This document shows, piece by piece, positions 57,153 to 64,000 of a stretch of 64,000 bases of DNA. The stretch lies in the NCBI GenBank assembly GCA_963703225.1, contig OY969801.1, positions 672,001-736,000 of the forward strand, in the 5' to 3' direction. The DNA comes from Candidatus Eiseniibacteriota bacterium (GTDB taxonomy: Bacteria; Eisenbacteria; RBG-16-71-46; SZUA-252). Every line of letters begins with the position of its first letter. Within the stretch, counting starts at the first letter, position 1. The translations under genes and the position numbers were made by a program. Under the pieces are notes generated by a model. It did not search any database. It was given only the letters and a program-made list of their open reading frames with translations, and was not told the DNA's origin.

Positions 57153-58448
57153 ATGAAAGAACTGATCCGGCGCAAGAGGGACGGCGGCTCACTCTCCAAG
57201 GACGAGATCGACCGCTGGATCCGCGGGGTCGTGGACGGCACCGTGCCCGACTACCAGACCGCGGCGCTCTTGATGGCGATCACGCTCCGCGGCATGTCGC
57301 GCGAAGAGACGATCTCCCTGACCGAGGCGATGCTCCACTCCGGGCGCGAGCTCACGTGGACCAAGCTCGGCCGCCCGACCGTGGACAAGCACTCGACCGG
57401 CGGGGTTGGGGACAAGGTCTCGCTTGCCCTCGCGCCCTGGATCGCAGCGTGCGGCGCCTGCGTGCCGATGATCGCCGGGCGGGGGCTGGGGCACACCGGC
57501 GGCACGCTGGACAAGCTCGAGGCGATCCCCGGATTTCGGGTCCGCCTCAGCCTGGACGAGTTCTCCGCCCAGCTAGCGTCGATCGGGGTCGTCGTCGCGG
57601 GGCAGAGCGACGAGCTGGTGCCGGCCGACCGGGAGCTTTACGCGCTCCGCGACGTGACGGCCACGGTGGAATCGGTTCCGCTCATCGTGGCAAGCATTCT
57701 GAGCAAGAAGTTCGCGTCGGGGGCGGCGGGCGTCGTGTTCGACGTGAAGTGCGGCGGTGGGGCATTCATGCGGGGGCGCGAAGAGGGCGCGATCCTCGCG
57801 CGGGAGCTCCTCGAGACGTCACGGGCGCTGGGCCGGAAGGCCCGGGCGCTCCTCACCGACATGGAGCAGCCGCTGGGGTCCGAGGTGGGGAACGCCTGCG
57901 AAGCGGCGGAGGCGTTCGCGGTCCTGCGCGGCGAGGGACCGGAGGATCTCAGGTCCCTCACGCGCGAATTGGGTGCCGCGATGCTCGTCCTCTCGGGCGT
58001 GGCGCGGGAGCGACACGAGGCGGCCGCGCGGTTCGACCGAGCGCTCGACTCGGGCGAAGCGCTCCGCAGGGCCGAGGCTTGGATCGAAGCGCAGGGAGGC
58101 GATCCCGGCGTGGTGGCGGATCCGGGCAAGCTTCCGCGCGCCGACGTGGAGACCCAGGTGCCTGCGCCCCGATCTGGCTACGTGATGCGGATCGACGCGC
58201 GCGCGATCGGCGACCTCCTGGTCTCGATGGGCGGAGGGCGGACGCAGAAGGATGACCTCATCGACCCCGCGGTCGGGATCCGGTTGGTTCGAAAAGCCGG
58301 AGCCAAAGTGGAGGCGGGCGAGACGGTGGCGATTCTGGAGGCGCACGAGGAAGCTCCCGATTGGGCCGATGCGGCCTGCCGCGCCTACACGTTCGGCGAT
58401 GCGCCCCCTCCGGCGCGCCCGCTCATCCTGGACGAGGTGACGGCGTGA
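57153..58448 (+). CDS. pdp: Pyrimidine-nucleoside/thymidine phosphorylase
   Basis: KRDGG, DKHSTGGVGDK, GRGLGHTGGTLDKLE, LYALRDVTATV. Confidence 0.95.
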   Translation: MKELIRRKRDGGSLSKDEIDRWIRGVVDGTVPDYQTAALLMAITLRGMSREETISLTEAMLHSGRELTWTKLGRPTVDKHSTGGVGDKVSLALAPWIAACGACVPMIAGRGLGHTGGTLDKLEAIPGFRVRLSLDEFSAQLASIGVVVAGQSDELVPADRELYALRDVTATVESVPLIVASILSKKFASGAAGVVFDVKCGGGAFMRGREEGAILARELLETSRALGRKARALLTDMEQPLGSEVGNACEAAEAFAVLRGEGPEDLRSLTRELGAAMLVLSGVARERHEAAARFDRALDSGEALRRAEAWIEAQGGDPGVVADPGKLPRADVETQVPAPRSGYVMRIDARAIGDLLVSMGGGRTQKDDLIDPAVGIRLVRKAGAKVEAGETVAILEAHEEAPDWADAACRAYTFGDAPPPARPLILDEVTA

Positions 58449-59038
58449 GCCGCCTGCCGGCGGCTCGGATCGTGCCCGCCTCGCCCGACCGCTGGGAAGA
58501 TCTCGAGCATCTCTTCGGGCCGCGGGGCGCCTGCGCGGGATGCTGGTGCATGTGGTGGCGGCGTGAGCCCGCGGAATGGGGGCGCGGCAAGGGCGAAGGG
58601 AATCGCAAGGCGCTCCGGGAGGTCGTCCGCGGCGGCGATCCGCCGGGGCTCATCGCCTACGTGGCGGGTGTGCCGGCGGGATGGATCGCCGTCGCTCCTC
58701 GCGAGGCCTACCCAAGACTTCAGCGCTCGCGGTCCTTCAAGCCCCTCGACGACCGGCCGGTGTGGTCGGTGACCTGCTTTTTCGTCGCGCGCGAATTTCG
58801 AAAGCGCGGCCTCACCGTTCAGCTCCTCGAAGGGGCGGCCAAGTACGCGCGCAAACGGGGCGCGACCATGCTCGAGGGGTATCCGATCGAACCCGGCAAG
58901 GGTCGGGTGGCCGACGCGTGGGTGTTCACCGGGCTGGCGGCGGCGTTCCGTCGCGCGGGATTCGTGGAGGCGGCGCGTCCTTCCAGGACGCGCCCGATCA
59001 TGCGGCGGACGCTGGGACGGGAAAAGCCTAGAGCCTGA
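58445..59038 (+). CDS. GNAT family acetyltransferase
   Basis: GCWCMWWR, WSVTCFFV..FRKRG, LEGYP. Confidence 0.85.
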   Translation: MSRLPAARIVPASPDRWEDLEHLFGPRGACAGCWCMWWRREPAEWGRGKGEGNRKALREVVRGGDPPGLIAYVAGVPAGWIAVAPREAYPRLQRSRSFKPLDDRPVWSVTCFFVAREFRKRGLTVQLLEGAAKYARKRGATMLEGYPIEPGKGRVADAWVFTGLAAAFRRAGFVEAARPSRTRPIMRRTLGREKPRA

Positions 59039-61145
59039 GCCGCTCCTCGGGCGGAGCTTCGCTGTCGGTCTTCTGGAAGTCGTAGTTCTCCGGCGAAGGG
59101 CGCTCGGTGCCGGTGTGGACGTTGCAGTAGCTCGTGGGCTGCATCCCCTCCCGGAATAGCTCCAGCTCGGTCTCGGGGCAGGACGGGTTGGCCAGTAGTC
59201 CGGTTTGGGCGCAGATGAGCACGCTCACCACGCCGCTCGGCACCGGGAACTCTTGCGGCGCCTTCCCCTTGGTCGCGGCCTCGATGATGTCGACCCAGAT
59301 CGGGAGCGCGGCGGCCGCGCCGGTCATGCCGGGCCCGATCTTCTGCTTGCGATCGAACCCCACCCAAATGCCCGTGACGAGCCCGGGCACGTACCCGACG
59401 AACCAGGCGTCGCTGTAGTCGTCCGTGGTTCCGGTCTTCCCCGCCGCGGGCACCGTGAGACCGAGCGCGCGGGCGGAGGCGGCGGTTCCATTCTCGATCA
59501 CGCTCGAGAGCATGCTCGTCATGGTGAGCGCCGTCTCGGGGCTCAGCGCCTCTTCCGCCGAGGGCCGCGACTGCTCCAATACCTTTCCGTTCTTGTCCTC
59601 CACCCGAAGGACGTAGACCGGCGCGACCCGGATCCCCTGGTTTGCGAAAACCCCGTAGGAGGACGTTAGCTCGAGGAGGTTCACCTCGGAGGTTCCGAGG
59701 GCGAGCGACAGATCGCCCACCAACCGGCTCCGGATCCCCATGCGCTTCGCGTAGGCGGTCACGACGTTGGTCCCCAGCTTCTGGAGGAGCTTGGCCGCCG
59801 GCACGTTCACCGAGTGGGCCAGCGCGGATCGCAGCGTCACCGGACCGCGGAATCTCTTGTCGTAGTTCTGCGGCGCCCATTCCTGGCCGTTCCCGCCGCG
59901 GAACGATACCGGGGTGTCCAGGATGACGTCGGTCGGCGAGAATCCGTTGTCGATCGCGGCCGCGTAGATGAAGGGCTTGAACGCCGAGCCCGGCTGGCGG
60001 CTGGCCTGGACGGCTCGGTTGAAATTCGAGTCGTTGAAATCGCGCCCGCCGATCAACGCGCGGATTTGCCCGTTGGTGGGATCCAGGCTCACCACGGCGC
60101 CCTGGAGGTATTCGGTCTGGGTCTTATCCTTGGGGGCGCCGGCCTGGGGAGACTTGGCCGCGAGCGTGGCGCGCGTCCTCTTGTACTGGTTCCGCGCCTC
60201 CAGGGCCGTGAGACGCCGCTCCAGCGACTCCTCCGCCACGTTTTGCAGATCGATGTCCAGCGTCGTGTAGACCCGGAGTCCGCCTTCGTAGATCTGATTG
60301 GACCCGTACCGCTCGTCCAGATACTGACGGACCATTTCCATGAAGTAGGGCGCCGACCTCGTGTCGACCCTCGTCTTGGTCACGCCCAAGGGGGCATCGC
60401 AGGAGGTCTCGTACTGGGCGCGGTTGATCTGCTTGGTCTGGAGCATGGCGGCGAGAACGAGATTCCGCCGCCGGAGCGCGCGGTCGGGCTCTCGGCGCGG
60501 AGAATAGTCGCGGGGATTTCGCGGCAGGCCAGCCAGAAGCGCGCACTCCGGAAGCGTCAGCTCCTGCACCGGCTTTCCAAAGAAGACTTTGGACGCGGCG
60601 TCGATCCCGTAGGCCCCCTCGCCGAAGTAGATCTGGTTGAAGTACATCTCCAAGATCTCATCCTTCGTATAGGTCTGCTCGATCCGGATCGCGAGGACCA
60701 TCTCCTTGATCTTCCGCGTGAAGGTCTTCTCGTGGGTCAGGAAGAGGTTCCGGGCCAACTGCTGCGTGATGGTGCTGCCGCCCTGCTCGGGCCGGCCCGC
60801 GAGGACGTCGTTGACCAGCGCGCCCATGACGCGCATGGGATCGATGCCCCAGTGCGTGTAGAAACGCCGGTCCTCGATCGCGAGGATCGCGTCGACCATC
60901 GGCCTCGGAATTTGGCGGAGCGGGACGATGGAGCGGTTCTCTTTGTAGAACTCGTGGACGAGCTTTCCGTTGATGTCGTAGACGAGGGTCTTGACGGGAG
61001 GAGCGATGGTCTGAAGGCTGGTCGGGGAGGGAAGGTCCTTCCGGAGCCAATTCGCGACGCCCACGCCAACGCCGACGACGCCGCACAGAATGACGATCGT
61101 GGCGGCAGTCGAGAACTGAATTACCCGCTTCCAGCTTCTACTCAC
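59028..61145 (-). CDS. Class A penicillin-binding protein (PBP1A family)
   Basis: EDRRFYTHWG and GGSTITQQL (transglycosylase); SAFK, SVN and KTG (transpeptidase). Confidence 0.95.
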   Translation of the reverse strand: MSRSWKRVIQFSTAATIVILCGVVGVGVGVANWLRKDLPSPTSLQTIAPPVKTLVYDINGKLVHEFYKENRSIVPLRQIPRPMVDAILAIEDRRFYTHWGIDPMRVMGALVNDVLAGRPEQGGSTITQQLARNLFLTHEKTFTRKIKEMVLAIRIEQTYTKDEILEMYFNQIYFGEGAYGIDAASKVFFGKPVQELTLPECALLAGLPRNPRDYSPRREPDRALRRRNLVLAAMLQTKQINRAQYETSCDAPLGVTKTRVDTRSAPYFMEMVRQYLDERYGSNQIYEGGLRVYTTLDIDLQNVAEESLERRLTALEARNQYKRTRATLAAKSPQAGAPKDKTQTEYLQGAVVSLDPTNGQIRALIGGRDFNDSNFNRAVQASRQPGSAFKPFIYAAAIDNGFSPTDVILDTPVSFRGGNGQEWAPQNYDKRFRGPVTLRSALAHSVNVPAAKLLQKLGTNVVTAYAKRMGIRSRLVGDLSLALGTSEVNLLELTSSYGVFANQGIRVAPVYVLRVEDKNGKVLEQSRPSAEEALSPETALTMTSMLSSVIENGTAASARALGLTVPAAGKTGTTDDYSDAWFVGYVPGLVTGIWVGFDRKQKIGPGMTGAAAALPIWVDIIEAATKGKAPQEFPVPSGVVSVLICAQTGLLANPSCPETELELFREGMQPTSYCNVHTGTERPSPENYDFQKTDSEAPPEERLRL

Positions 61146-61241
61146 GGAGATTCCTCTCTCGAGGGCTTGCGCCCTTCGGCGGCTACGCTAGGTAACGACC
61201 CCGGAGCGGTCAAGACCCAATCTTGCTACACTACGCGCCCG

Positions 61242-62489
61242 ATGGCCGCTTCGCCCCACAAAGCAGAGATCGAGCGCCAGCTCGCGGTGATCCGATCGGG
61301 CGTCGAGGAGCTGATCCCCGAAGCGGAGCTGGTGCAGAAGCTCGAGCGCTCGCTCGCGACCAAGACCCCGCTCCGCGTGAAGCAGGGGTTTGATCCCACC
61401 GCGCCCGACATCCATCTCGGTCATACCATCGGCCTCAGAAAACTTCGTCAATTCCAGGAGATGGGGCATCAGGTCGTGCTCATCGTCGGCGATTTCACCG
61501 CGCTCGTCGGCGATCCCAGCGGTCGATCGCAGACGCGACCCACCCTGACCGACGAAGAGGTCCAGGCCAACGCCAAGACCTACATCGAGCAGTTCTCCAA
61601 GGTCGTCGACCCCAAGCGCACCGAAATCCGCTGGAACGGCGAGTGGCTTCGGAAACTGACGTTCGTCGAGGTGCTCCGCCTCGCCTCGCGGATGACCGTC
61701 GCCCGCATCTTGGAGCGCGACGATTTCGAGAAGCGCCACAAGGCGGGCGAGCCGATCAGCGTCCACGAGCTCCTTTATCCGTTGACCGTTGCGTACGACT
61801 CGGTGGTCATCCGGGCCGACGTCGAGATTGGCGCCACCGAGCAGAAGTACAACCTGCTCACCGGGCGCGACATCCAGAGCGCCTACGGCGTCGAGCCCCA
61901 GGTGATCCTCACGCTCCCCGTACTCGAAGGTACGGATGGCGTACGCCGCATGAGCAAGAGCCTCGGGAACTACATCGGCGTAGCCGAGCCCCCCAAGGAG
62001 ATTTACGGCAAGCTGATGAGCCTTCCCGACGCCCTAATTGAGCGCTATTTCCGGCTCGTAACCGACGCCAGTCCCGCGTTATGCGATGAGGTGGCCCGGG
62101 CGCTCAAGAGCCCCGGCACCAACCCCATGACCTGGAAGAAGGCCCTGGCCAAGAGGATCGTCGGCATGTACCACGGCCCCGACGCCGCGGATCTTGCCCA
62201 GTCCGACTTCGAGAAGCAGTTTTCGCGCCGGGAAGCCCCCAACGAGATGCCCACAATCCGCGTCGCGCCGGGGAAATTCCGGGCCCGCGATCTCATGATG
62301 AAGGCCTTTCCTGGCGAATACACCGGAAACCAAGCGGGGGCCATGTTCAAGCAGGGGGCGGTCTTCGTAAATGGCGAGCGCGTAACGGATTTCGCCTCGG
62401 ACATCGCGCTCGGACCAGGAGCGGGGGAGCAGGTCGAGGTCATCTTCAAGGTGGGGCGAAAGTACGCAAAGGTCGTCGCGGCCAGGTAA
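61242..62489 (+). CDS. tyrS: Tyrosine--tRNA ligase
   Basis: GFDPTAPDIHLGH, RMSKSLGN, C-terminal S4-like domain. Confidence 0.96.
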   Translation: MAASPHKAEIERQLAVIRSGVEELIPEAELVQKLERSLATKTPLRVKQGFDPTAPDIHLGHTIGLRKLRQFQEMGHQVVLIVGDFTALVGDPSGRSQTRPTLTDEEVQANAKTYIEQFSKVVDPKRTEIRWNGEWLRKLTFVEVLRLASRMTVARILERDDFEKRHKAGEPISVHELLYPLTVAYDSVVIRADVEIGATEQKYNLLTGRDIQSAYGVEPQVILTLPVLEGTDGVRRMSKSLGNYIGVAEPPKEIYGKLMSLPDALIERYFRLVTDASPALCDEVARALKSPGTNPMTWKKALAKRIVGMYHGPDAADLAQSDFEKQFSRREAPNEMPTIRVAPGKFRARDLMMKAFPGEYTGNQAGAMFKQGAVFVNGERVTDFASDIALGPGAGEQVEVIFKVGRKYAKVVAAR

Positions 62490-62538
62490 CTAGCAGCAAA
62501 ATGGTCGCATCCAGCCACTGAAATGTGACCCAAAGGGG

Positions 62539-62708
62539 TTGACAGAGTCCTCCCCGCGGGATATCGTTCTGAGTTGCGGCCTGTGGAAGAAGCACCCTCA
62601 GTCTCCGCAGACCGACTGCACGGCCTGCCCGCTTCGAGTCGGGTTTTTTCGGCCTCGTGTTCGCAGGAAGATAAAGCGTTGACACGTAGCAGGCGACCGC
62701 AGTAAGTT
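62539..62708 (+). promoter_or_regulatory. Tandem rRNA-operon promoters (P1 62539-62567, P2 62679-62708)
   Basis: TTGACA-N17-TATCGT and TTGACA-N18-TAAGTT. Confidence 0.65.
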
Positions 62709-62752
62709 CAAAGTTCGGCCCTAAAACGGCCAACTCGCGCAAGTCGCGCGCC

Positions 62753-62765
62753 TGATCTTTGACAA
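62753..62765 (+). promoter_or_regulatory. boxA antitermination element
   Basis: TGATCTTTGACAA in the rRNA leader (consensus TGCTCTTTAACA). Confidence 0.7.
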
Positions 62766-62901
62766 ACGAATAGCGCACGCTGTGTTGTGGAGCCCTAGAG
62801 GATCCCTCTAGACCTCAGGCCTTCGGGTCTTTGCGTCTAGATGATCTCTTGTAAGAACGTCGGTTCCTGTGAAGGCACCGATTAATTTGGTGTGAAATAT
62901 G

Positions 62902-64000
<1,099 letters not shown>

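Overview
A GC-rich (~68-70% by eye) bacterial chromosomal window. Gene content (FlgD-type C-terminal Ig tails, a C25 gingipain-like protein, secreted proteins ending in a TWGxIKxLY-like motif) suggests an FCB-related candidate phylum such as Ca. Eisenbacteria; this assignment is inference. Most of the window is housekeeping: yggS-yggU-PNP-ileS-dksA-lspA-rluD-ruvX-mltG-larE, tRNA-Val, a murQ/ABC/anmK/SpoIID muropeptide-recycling cluster, tRNA-Asp, speB, an RlmI-like methyltransferase, mazG, alr, cdd, pdp, PBP1A, tyrS and the 5' part of a 16S rRNA gene. The best candidate for an undescribed system is 1967-13367. It is a translationally coupled operon of a Ser/Thr kinase-STAND ATPase-TPR protein, a lipoprotein membrane-fusion protein (MFP), an RRE/PqqD-like-M50 peptidase-MFP fusion and a GAF-GAF-MFP fusion. 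It is followed by a 45-aa Lys/Ser/Thr-rich peptide gene with its own canonical sigma-54 promoter and terminator, and by a convergent GAF-sigma-54 activator. I read it as a peptide processing/export and signalling module with no ABC ATPase. The second highlight is a tandem duplicated secreted-protein pair at 30048-33719. The mature part of gene A is identical over 779 bp except one synonymous SNP, while the signal peptides and partner genes have diverged. Many genes carry single-base frameshifts, most likely long-read indel errors rather than real pseudogenes.
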